Of a stretch of 64,000 nt of DNA, positions 50,600-61,749 are shown one piece after another. Below the pieces are notes generated by a model. The model ran no database searches and was not told where the DNA came from. It saw nothing but the letters and a program-made list of their open reading frames with translations. A program made the translations under genes and the position numbers. The stretch's first letter is position 1. The number at the start of each line of letters is the position of its first letter. The DNA comes from Phoronis australis (lineage: Eukaryota > Animalia > Phoronida): assembly GCA_002633005.1 (NCBI GenBank), contig NMRA01000024.1, forward strand, positions 1,207,903-1,271,902, read 5' to 3'.

Positions 50600-51190
50600 G
50601 GTCATTTTCCCTTTCGTCATAAACATTCTGTGATCACGAGATCAATCACAGAGTTTGGATGGAGCAATATCAACACGTTGGATCTAAAGGTCTTTCGTCT
50701 CACGTCCACTATTTCCTTTGTCACTACGGAGTTTGATACATTCGTCAGAATGAAAACAATTCACCACCATGTCCATATGAGGCAACAGTCATTTTCTCGT
50801 TTAATGTATAGGTTTTGTGCCGACAGGTATGGTGCGAGTCGAACACAGTCAATTTTAGAATTGTGAATGTGATCTTTCCCTACCACAAGTGCAACGTCTT
50901 GGCAGGATAATGGGTTAGAGCTCCGATCATGAATAAAGCTGGTGATCTCTCCCAACTCTTTCATTACTGGAAAAGTCGCATCTCGGAACCGATATCAAGC
51001 AGTCTAAATGGTCCACCGATCCTTTACCATTAAATGCACTGGCGCAAACTTCCTCATTGAATCCATAAACCCGAGTAGTGGAGATTCACAGATGCCGTCT
51101 CCCCCAGTGCTTTGTCGGCTCAAAATGTTTTAATTGTCGACGTTGTCAACCAAATCATGTGTCTAGACGCACAACCGACATTATGGGCTA
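50600..51190 (-). mobile_element. Second, more decayed Academ-like XPG-region fragment
   Basis: Minus strand CASAFNGKG...KELG...KIDCVRLAPYLSAQNLYIKRENDCCLIW resembles SAFxGKGK...LG...LPP...HIKRANY...W. Confidence 0.45.
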
Positions 51191-52369
51191 TGCAACTAAC
51201 GACAGAATTATAATGATGTTAGGTCTCTGTCAGGGGTTCGGACCACGTTATCCATGTGTGCCAATATAGGAGATACAAAACAATTCTTATATTAAATGAC
51301 CCTATCACTAGCTGGAGGTACATTAAATAAAGTACGAACCCGTGCCAGAGTATTTTTGATGCATAATGCATCCTCATATTATTGAAAATCTGCTGGTGAA
51401 ATACTTTTGACAAGTTCGCCCAGTCTGAAAGCTTTGATGGTTTTGGAGAAAGAGACACCTGGTGTAGAAAAGTTGTTTTTTTACACGAGTTTCAGGTAGT
51501 ACTTAGGGTGTTCTTTCACACCCTAATGTTCCTCGCCTGTTACTGTATTGCATCAGTGCATTTGAAGATAAAAAGTACTCAAATTCCACAATACATTTAA
51601 GCAGCTTATTGGTGGTGTCGATTGGTATTAAAAACATCGAAACCAATTTTGCTACATTAGCCACTGAACAAGACTGAGACATCTAGCAGAGCAATGTCAC
51701 TGACCCTGCCTTGAATACGTGTGATGAATATACATATAGGCCGTCATGTAATTCTTGGGTTCTTAAAGTTATGCTCCAAGATCTAGCGGTAATTAGGCAC
51801 ACCTTTACTAAAGTCGTTCTGTGGTTTGCTCTTTATATGTTTTTACGTTGTGAAAGATTCAGCTGATAGGTTATTTTCATTAGTTACCTTGGTAATCATT
51901 TTTGGATTTTCAAACTTGAGCTGCTAGCTTTGACATACCAGCAGTAAGCTTTTGCTTTTAGTTACTGATTTAGGCCAATTCATTGCTTTAGCTGTATGCA
52001 GCTTTTACGTTGTTAAAAATGGCTATTTCCATATTTGTGAATTCATGAGTTGCTCTGGCAACCATTTCTGTATTATAAAGAAGTTTTGCTAGTTATAATA
52101 AATAAATCTTTGATAATTTTTTAGTTTAGGCAATTTAAATCCTTCTAAAGTTCCCCTGTATCTTCCCTTGACAGCATAGTTTACTGTAACTTGTAATAAC
52201 AAAATACCTGGCACACGTGCAAATTTAAAACTCCCCAAAGTTTCACTAAAATGATTTATGCATGGTTGTATGTCTTTGACATAAGTGCCGTCAGGCATAA
52301 AATTGGTGATCTTGACCGGCAAAATACATGGTTACCATGGTAACAGTATCCAATTCAGCCTAGCAACAC

Positions 52370-55224
52370 CTCGACATTTTTGCCCTGCGTGTAGCAGATT
52401 TGAAAGTTCTGTTTGCCTGACGGTAGGCGTTCCAGTCCTCTTCAGTGTCTGCTTGCTAGGCAGTCCTTTGAGCTTTTTTTGCCTTCTTCTAAGGAGATGC
52501 AAGCTCTTTGGTCCACCATATCTGGCGATTAGGTTTACCAGTAAGCCTCACCATCCTCATCGGACAGACAACATTGATGGCATTAGTCAGTACAGCTGTG
52601 ACATTATTTGCCAGCGAATCAACATCAGCAAAAGTGGTGAGAGCTCTACTCTCCTGGTTACCAAGTGAGTTGGAACAATCTTCACTGAAGATGTGCCAAT
52701 CAGCTTTTTTGATATTCCTGTACTTAGTGTAGAAGGGGATAGCAGAAATTGCCATCTCAAACCTGATATATCTGTGATCCGAGAGAGAGAACAAGGGGTC
52801 AACTTTCCAGTTCTTCATCAGATCCACTGCAGTTATACTCGTCAAAATAAATCTAGGATCTCTTGGCGATTCTGAATGACAAAAGTGGGTTCGTGGCCTC
52901 TATTGCAAGTATTAAGTTGAGTGCTGACAATGAACTCTAACAGCGATGCACCTCTCGAGTTAGTGTCAGTACTGTTCCACACGTTGTGATGTGCATTAAA
53001 ATCGCATCCAATTACCAATGGAATGCCATTGTTGCTACAATACTGTGTAGTGTGCTGCACCATCTCAAGTGGAGGTTCCTGAACTGAGTCACCCGGCATG
53101 TATGCCGAAACCCACCAAACAGTGCGGACAAGTCCACTTGGACCAGTAAGGTCACATGCTACAGCTACTGTGTCTCTGTCATAGTCTTACAGTGGTCTTG
53201 GCGATATGTCTTTGGATACCAAAACAGCTGCTCTTGGCCTCAAGCCGTGATGTATATGATTTGGCATTTCTAGGAACATTAAGCATGGTGTTCCCCTTGC
53301 AGGGAGGCTCCTGAATCAAAGACAAATAGCAAGTCTCTTTATTCAGAGTCTGCTGCAGGAGAACTGATGGATTGCTGGCACCATGCAGGTTTATCTGCCA
53401 AACTTTGAGATCACGCTCTATCAGAAAAGGCAGCATAATTATAATATAAAAGTACCAACTGCTCTTCATCATGAATCGTGCTAGTGTGTCATCAGTCACT
53501 CACAAGCATCCCCTCACTAGAATCTTACGGCACTGCAACAGTTGCAGTGTGGTCGACCATGTTGAAGACGTTGGCAAGCGGCTGATCACCTGTTACTACA
53601 ACAGGATGAAAGCCAGAAATGACCACTTTAGCTACCACAAGGTCTTTGACAGCTTCGTCGTCTTCTTCCACATCGGTCGACTTGGTGTTATCCACCCCGT
53701 CGGCACCAGTTTCTGTGGCTGACTCGACCACCGCAGAAAGCCTAGTGGCCGTGGCAGGTACATCAACCTTCCTAGCTACAGGCTTAGCCGTCTTGGTCTT
53801 GCTCCTAAAAAGGAACCTGCCAAGACCGCAGTAAGGTTTGAAGTCCACTGCCTTAAGCACTAGCCAGGATGATTCCTCAATGACCTTTACAAAGGTTTGA
53901 CCCTTGGTAGGGTACTGTGCACTTGGTTTGTTCTCACAAACTAATACACAGTGGACCTTAATCACGTCAAGATCTGGATTGCTGATATCAAGGAGATTGA
54001 AAAATTCTTCCTTGCTCACTGCTATGTCGACCGAGACATGACAGACGTCCTTATGCATGGGGGAGGTCCTCGGGACCCATGACATGGTATGCAGACGTTA
54101 GGTCTGCCTCAGCTGGAGTCAATTTATGACACTCCTGCTTGAGATACTCAACAGTAGCAGCATCTGCGCAGCTGATGCAGAGCATTCTTTTGTTTAGACG
54201 AGCTGACTCAACACGACAAGGATGTCGGCTTTTCAGCATTGCCGCCTTAAGTCCCTCTTTGAGGCGACTAACTTCACCCTCGGCGAGAGGAGGCTCTCGG
54301 CTTTTGCAGCAACAAGAATGATAACATCTTTCTTTGCCGTATCGGTGTAAGTGTGCATTCTCGCCACCTTTTTAGGTGGCCGTGAGTGACTTCAACATAG
54401 GGTGGAGCTGTCAGACCCTTAGGGCGCTTTGTGCCCTGAGAATTCCCAGGTGTTTGAAGCTCCAGATTCTTGGGCTTCTTTTGAAGTCGTTGTCGCTTCC
54501 GCTTCTCCTTTAATTGTTCCTTTTTAGAGAGAACAGACGTGAAGCCGTCAGCAACAGACGACGCAGCAGAAACACCATTCACTGCTGAGGGAGCGTCCGA
54601 GTGCTCATTAACACGAACGCCCGCAGCCGTAGCCACATTCAATCGTGCTTGGGTCTGGTCTGTTGAACCCCGACCAGTAGGGACAGGAAAACGCTGATTG
54701 TCCATGTGTTAAGATACATGTTTAGATTCAATTGTGTCTTCATGCTCACCTCATCCATGAGGTGGCAACAAGGCCCGACCACTTGGTCTTTCCGCATCAC
54801 GAACTTATACGATCCAACTCTAGGTTCGATAGCTCCCTCTCCCAGTTCCCTCAAGAAGAGGTCGTACTCCCTGCGTAAGAGTCCACCACCACAAGTGAGT
54901 TATCCCAGGTTTGGTATGTCTACCTCCAAAGCCAGAACCTCGATACCTCCCAGGGCTAACCATGCAGAGGCTAGTCCCCTAGTACAACAGACGGTACTCT
55001 GTGCACCACGGCTGACCCCAGAATTCTTAGTCAGCAAAGCTCCGTGTTGTCTACTGCCAGCCGCAACTGGTTTAAGACTCAAAAGCCACCATGGCCAGTC
55101 CTCTAGGGTTTCCGTATCATCAAGCCGGAGACTGATACTAGGCGCCCCCAGGAAGGTAAGACAGGATTCGATGGCCACCAGGCACTCAGCGGCACACAGC
55201 CACTTATTCAAGGCTATAGAATGA
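52370..55224 (-). mobile_element. LOA/R1-group non-LTR retrotransposon: 5' UTR, ORF1 and APE endonuclease; RT missing; decayed
   Basis: ORF1 pieces 54705-53525 (K/R-rich, ending FKPYCGLGRFLF). APE motifs QINLH, LIQEP, SAYMPGD, GCDFNAHH..W.S..TNSRG, NRGHEPTF, ILDL, SLSDHRYIRF, KADW, WWT. Frameshifted. TCATT initiator-like start at ~55225. Confidence 0.85.
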
Positions 55225-55234
55225 TTCCGATATA

Positions 55235-55457
55235 CTCATCATCATCCCGCTTTTCAAGGCGACCAGGACGACGAGAAACAGGCAGCCCCCGTTGCTATTA
55301 CGGGATGGCAGGGTGTATTTGGTCTAATCTCTACCTTTCGACCTGCCCGGCATGGGTGACCCTTCTGGAAGTATAAGACTACCGTCGGTATAGCTCTAGA
55401 GGTCACAGAGATACACAAGCTGTTCCGCCACGAGAAGGCACACGCCCCCAGAACAGA
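55235..55457 (-). mobile_element. Short non-autonomous RTE-derived retroelement (RTE-type 5' UTR plus (GAT)n tail)
   Basis: Minus strand ccttctcgtggc..cttgtgtatctctgtgacctctagagctataccg...gggtcacccatgccgggcaggtcgaaaggtagag resembles the RTE-clade 5' UTR consensus (recalled); ends gatgatgatgag; absent from the copy A intron (site ~31504). Confidence 0.7.
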
Positions 55458-56233
55458 AGGCCACATCACGTGACCTAATGAGTATAAGCCTGAAAAGATT
55501 TTTCGGCCTAGTCTAGTGGAGAAATCTTTTCAGGATGACGGAATTCATTGGCACTTACGGCAATTGCCTTTCTTCAAAACTATAATAACCGGATGCGGAA
55601 GTGGAATTTGGTCATCGGGCTGTACGAAACATTTTCGGTTCGCGTGTGGAGATTAGGGGTGCAAAGCTAGGGAACGGTACCACGGGTTTGGTATCTGCTG
55701 GTCGGGGGCTGGAGTAAAGGATATATTAACTGGAATATAGGGTGTAATCGTGGAATTATTTCCGCCTCTTCACGCAGGAGCGGATCCAGGATTTTGTGTT
55801 GGGGTGGTCGGGACAATGTAATAGTCAGGATTTTACCCGTCACACATTCGCACCCCCGAACTGCCAAATTGAATCCACGGGTGCACCCCCGAACTGCCAA
55901 ATTGAATCCACGGGTTTGGTTTCTGCTCTTACGGGGCTGGAGTAAAGGAATATAGGGTGAGGACGTGGAATTATTTCCACCCCTTCATGCAGGGGTGGAT
56001 CCATGATTTTGAGCTTAGGGGGTCCAGGGCAGAGTATTAATCAGGCTTTTGCCCTGAATTCAGACGTTCGCAATCTCGAACTGCCAAATGAAATCTTGCC
56101 CCCGCTAAGTCTGCCGCTGCCATAGAATGCTATTAAATAATCCTTTGTGGAAATACAAGAATGAATTACAATGATGCGTGGAAACTGCAATTAATTACAT
56201 TTGCTTGAATCATGTGCATATTCTGTCATTAAT

Positions 56234-57511
56234 AGCGGAGTTGCAACCGCGCCATATTGGAAATGGGTCAAGTGTTGCATTGTGGGTATAGAGGGATCAT
56301 TCAGTATACAAATATGTCAGCAAGCGAATGGGAGAAACGGTTACGGGAAGGTTATACGTGTTGTATGCCTGGCTCCTTTAATAGCAGCGAGATAAGAAAG
56401 TTAAATTCGAGGGATCAAGAACTTCGTACAAATGAATAAAAAATATTAGTAAAGCTGAAAACAAAGGACGGTTTATTGAATTCGCTCCTACCTCGCGACA
56501 CGAAGTAGGCAGCGCTTATGATTTTGGAAAAGGGATTTATCTTGGAGACTGTCTTTCAATATTTCCCCTGGACGAAATGATAAAAAGAAGCACTCCACGG
56601 TTGACGGAGAATTGGGAAAAAAGATGTTTTTGCTTGACCAAAAATCCGCAGACCTGAGCATTCTCCACGTTGGTTCTGCGTCTGGAGTTGTGACATCATT
56701 GTTATGTGGGTAATCAAGCAAGGGATCCATATGTTCACGCACACATCTGCCACCAAACCGTACGGGAGCTAGGTGTACACCTATTGCGATGACGTCGTTG
56801 AGACGTATTTGTGCGACATGTATGCCTTGACTCGTCTCCGGCAACCCAATTTGAAACTGTAAACGTGCAAAGCATCGTATCTCCGATTTGTAGCGAACTT
56901 GGCAGTGGATTGCACGTTGGTAAAATATGCAACGTATGGTGTCAATGGGTTTACCTGCAGAAACGTCTGTGACGTACATCCACCGAGGTAGACCAAGGAC
57001 TAGACTCGAATTCACCACTATTCATGGGCGGCGCAATATAGGGGGCTGGGGGAGGGGGGCTATAGCTCCACTTTTTTCGGTGCTGTGCCACCCATGGTCT
57101 ATGGGCTGTGTACCACAGGGGGTTTGGCGGGCTATGGCCTCCCACTTTTTTCAGTGCTGCACCGGAATGGGTGATTTAACAAGTCTGTGAATAATGTTCA
57201 GTCAAAAATACCTCCAGTTTTGAATCAATGCTGATGAACCCCGACTTTTTCTAGTTTCGTGAAGAATAACAATGTCACAGTGTTGATTGCTTTTCTTCAC
57301 TGCAATACTGGCAGATCATTTTCACGCAATGACGCAAACAACACAGTACATGCAGATGCACATTTTTACTCTATATTTGCTAGGACTTCATTACCCCTAG
57401 ATATTTATCATACTCAGGCCCGCACCCCGCAAAGATCAATCGTCCATTCCTGTTACTAATATCCGGACATGCGCAACCGTACCGTTAAACCGTCTCTGCT
57501 GTAACTCCGCT
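56234..57511 (+). mobile_element. ISL2EU-like non-autonomous DNA transposon
   Basis: TIRs AGCGGAGTTGCA / TGTAACTCCGCT flanked by AT on both sides. Plus strand THAP remnant (GYTCCMPG.FNS...FAPTSRHEV.S..F, 56314-56570); minus strand SWIM-like remnant (VAG....RH...CT....VW, ~56750-56860). Confidence 0.72.
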
Positions 57512-57849
57512 ATTGTACCACGCTTTGTACTTACGGGAGCATTCGAAAGTAAATAATGGCGACCTTTATGTACATAAATTATCCAAACTTTTGATGTAAT
57601 GACCTGCTAAGTGATTTCATTGGATTCAGTGACTTCAGGTCCAGTTATATTTGTATACATAGACCCATCCTCACGGGTCAACCTATATAAATATAACTGA
57701 ACCCATCATGACGGGTCGATTTATATTTATATAGGTGGACTCATCCCTTCTTTGGTATACCCAGTTACAGAGACTTCGCTGATCAACCTTCACTGACGGG
57801 TGTGCCCACCTATAATCATATTTTACTTGGAAACACATATATTTATGTG

Positions 57850-60800
57850 GGTGTACCAATTTTTGTCCATGAAAAGCAAAATTTTACTAGATAAGAAAAG
57901 TTCAAATTAAATAAGCTGTTATATACATATTTACACATTTACAATGTTGGAGTTTCCTGTCTAATATTATAAGCTTTTAATAAAAATAAGGGTAGTCTTT
58001 TCAAAAGATTGCCAGAGTTTGTTTTGAGTAGGTATTTGGAATTTTCGATATCAGTATACTGTCTGGATAATTCTGGTAAAAAAGTCATTCTAATGTCGTT
58101 AAGTACGAGGAGTTAAGTAATAAGTGCATTTCGGGTTCAATTTCTGAGCGGTTGCAAATTTTGCAAAACCTCTCTTCATTTGGAATGTCATGGTTTCAAT
58201 TTTCAGTTGATGTCCAGAGCACCTAAATGTGTATCCTACGTTGAGTTGGTGGTAGACTGTAAAGATATTCTTCACAAGATAAATCTGTTTTGATGATAGA
58301 GTAAAATGAGCACTAGCTGGAATTCTGCACTGACATCCTACATTCTTGGGCACCACAATCCAACAATCTTTGCTTAAATTCTGATATGAGTAAATCAACA
58401 TTTCCCCGTCCACTTATCCATACCTCCCCAAACCCGTATCTGAATAAAATATCTTTAACTGCAATGGCCCAATTTGTTCGCCCTCTTTCACTGTATTCCC
58501 GCAGCATCCTGTAACTTTTCTTTGGGTACCTAAGGTTATTCATCTGTAGAATTTTGGTCCAGTAGTTTATTGGTCTGCACAAGTATTTCATAGGTAATAA
58601 ATGCCTACCGCATTCCTCTCTAGCCATAACGTTACTTGTTTTCTTTGGGACACCAGCAACCCATTTACAGAAATCATTGTGAATACTTTCCATGTCTTTC
58701 GAATATATGGTACCCCATATCTCGGGACCGTATAACAGTATAGGAGCTACCATACAATCAAACAATTGAAAACATACATGTGGGGAGCTACACTTCACTT
58801 TGGTTAAACATGCTTTTAACATGTCCATTGGTTTTTTAGCTTGCAAAGCTAATATTCTACAATTTTTATTCAATTTTAATGTGCAAGAAAATGTCACACC
58901 AAGATACTTGTAATGAGATTTCGTTTCTACCAATTTCTTATTGTAAAACAACTTTTCCTGTGCCGATAGAGTCCCACCTCGCCTGAAGACAACAATGTTA
59001 TTTTGTCTTATCAAGATTAACACAAAGACTCCAATCCACACATTAATTATGCAATACATCTAATTTTCTCTAAAGCCCGGGCACTGTGTAAGCACTAAAT
59101 TGTCTGCAAAAAGTAACGAACTTAATTCGCAATCATCACACTTGATACCTCGACCTCCATTTTCTTTGACCTCTGACACCAACCCGCTTACAAAAAACGA
59201 GAATAACCAAGGACTCAGTATGCACCCTTATTTCACTCCTCTCTTACATTTAAAATAGGGTCACGCAAGATTTCACTTCAGCATAAATATTCCTCAGGAG
59301 ATTGAACATTTTTCCGCGGAGATTATTTTTTAACAAACAATAAAACAGACGTGTAGTTTCCAGACTGTCAAACGCCTTACTAAAGTCCACAGAGGCACAG
59401 TACATTTCCCACCTCTTTTTGATAAATTTCTACTGGCCAAAGCTTATAGAACAAAAATGTTATCCAGGGTCGAATAACCGGCCCTAAATCCGGCTTTTTC
59501 CTCAGGGATACATTGTATTGCATCGGACCACTAAATTAGCCTTTTGTTTAATATTGATGTAAACAGCTTGCTTATGCTATCAATTAAAGAAATTCACCTG
59601 TGATTAATCGGGTTATTTTTTGACCCCTTTCTTGTAGATGGGAACGATTATACACTTTCTCCAGTTCTCCGGAAATTTGCCTGTCGCTAGTACCTTGTTG
59701 AATAGTTTGCCTAATAATTCAAGGATGTTATCGGTCAGTGATTTGAAGAGTTCGTTTGGAATATCATCTTCTCCAGGGGTTTTATTGTTTTTAAGTTTAT
59801 TTATTGCCTGATTGATTTCGGACATTTCGATTTCCATATTAAGTTGTACCAGGATTTCATCGCCAGGTGTGTTGGCACATTCATTGCAGCTTTCCTCATG
59901 CTCTCGTTTTTCGTCCAACACATTATTAAGGAATTCCCAGCTGTTTTCCCGTACAGGCTCAGTGTTCAAAAGTTTTTCAAAATAGTTTTACCATTCGTTC
60001 GACGAAATGTCCGCTTGTTGAACATGATTCGGATGTATAATTGACTTCACGTTTGACCAGAATTTGCTTGGATCTCTCACTGAATCACACAAACAAGTTC
60101 TTTTCCATCTGTTCGCTATAGTTCTTATTCTCTCACGACAAGTTTCCTTAAATTGGCTTTTCGTATCAGTATAATCACCTAGCGTATCCATACACTTTGC
60201 GGATCTGAAAAGTTTCAATAAATTATGTTTTTCTATTTTCTTTTGCTCTCAATCGTTGTCGAACCAACTTAGCTGTTGCCTATTCACTGCGGGGTTACTA
60301 CTTATTTTCATGTCAGCGCCGCAAGCGTGAAATAATTAATTTATTAAATTAACTACTTTGTTTATATCCATATCAATGAGTGAAGATATTTGGGACAATT
60401 CGTCGATGGTGTCAACGCTGCCCAGTCTATCCTTAGATTGATGTGACCGCCACTTGAGTCGGTGTAATGGGGTCGTTCTGACTCTAGTGTTCGAGGCGTC
60501 GGTATTAGCTTTCAAATGTTTTAGATGACGTAGAGTACGCATGATAGGGAGATGGTACGACCCATTGTAATTTAATACTTCAAAGCCATAAGTATATTCG
60601 AACAGAGATGAGTCGGCAATAACATAGTCAATTGTGCTGCATCCTCGAGTGGACACGAAAAAATAGTTTCCTTCTCTGTCCGAGGGGTATCTACCGTTAA
60701 CTATGTGCGTACCATATATTACGCAAAATTTGGCAAGTTCTTTGCCGAAGTAATCAGATTTCGCATCTTGGTTGTTTCTTGGTTTTTCAAAATTATTTTG

Positions 60801-61745
60801 GATAAAACAATAGTCGCTATTGTTAAGGACACTGATGTGCATGGCATCTTCATCTGGAATGTAGTCTCTGAATGTTCCTGTCTTTGAATTAAAGTCACCT
60901 GTCAAAATAACCCGTGACTGGTAAAATTTTCCATTACTCTTTAAGCAGGTAAACTCATCCTCGAGAAGATCAACACCGCAGTCAAAATTGCTGTGGCTGT
61001 AGTATGCTGACCCTTCAGGGGGGAGATAAGTAAAACCTATTGTAGCATCTGGCTTGACTGTGCCAGCATACTAATCTTTGAGATACAAATACACACTGTC
61101 TCCCACATTCTCACAGATGCGAGTTATTTTGTTTCCTAAATTGTTCTTTACCATCACTGTCACTCCACCAGATGCTTTGCTGTTCTGTATATTTCGTACT
61201 GACGTAAACGTGAAATAATTTTCGCTGAATTCATACTCTGATCTTGCTAGTGATTCAATGAATCCTATGAGGTCATAGTTTCTAATTACTTTTTTTAATT
61301 TCTCCTTTGTTTGGTCGTAGCTTACTTTCTACCCCCCTATGTTCCATTATCCAATCCTCATTTATCTTGTCATTGTTTAACATTGGTTATTATCCTCTTC
61401 ATTTGTCTCCGTTCTATCTCTGAAGATGTATCTATTCTCGCTGCAGGCAACTTTGCCTACATGACCGTCATTCAGTTACATTTTCCTGTTATGGTAAAGC
61501 TTGTCGAATTTTACTTCTGCTTCTATAAAATTATCATCTCTTAAGAACTGCCATGACTTTGATATAGCGACACGAACTTTCATGCTGAAGTCTTCAGCTA
61601 CTGAGAATTGTGTTTCACTCCTTAATTTCCTTTGGCCTTTTAAGATTTGCGACTTGTCTTCGAATGGATCCATCTTTGCGATTGGCCGAAGTTTACTAGG
61701 GTTCTTGCATCCAACCCTATGGGCCCGGTCAATCTTTACGCTCCA
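57850..61745 (-). mobile_element. Near full-length decayed LINE (ORF1, APE, RT; RTEX/Proto2/Daphne-like)
   Basis: ORF1 KIDRAHRVG..RPI..SVAEDFS; APE TGDFNSKTG, STIDY; RT KTPGEDDIPNE, AGFRAGYSTLDNIF, DFSKAFD, GVK*GCILSP, LLFADNL, YKYLGVTF; C-terminal HQLKIET. Many stops and frameshifts. Confidence 0.9.
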
Positions 61746-61749
61746 GTTG

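Larger units (their letters stand above)
25230..57600 (+). repeat. Segmental tandem duplication carrying SLC52 (unit A ~25230-32010; unit B ~41195-57600)
   Basis: Collinear non-coding anchors: 25231/41198, 26090/43015, 27640/43998, 29531/47291, 30500/48220, 31504/55458, 31921/57516. Confidence 0.9.

Noticed and set aside
55095-55140. Hammerhead ribozyme (minus strand UUGAUGA...GAAAC)
   Set aside because: The core deviates from CUGANGA, and there is no helix II or helix III/NUH closure.
54706-55224. 172-aa plus strand ORF and overlapping ORFs
   Set aside because: Antisense or off-frame readings of the GC-richer LINE 5' UTR, with no domain.
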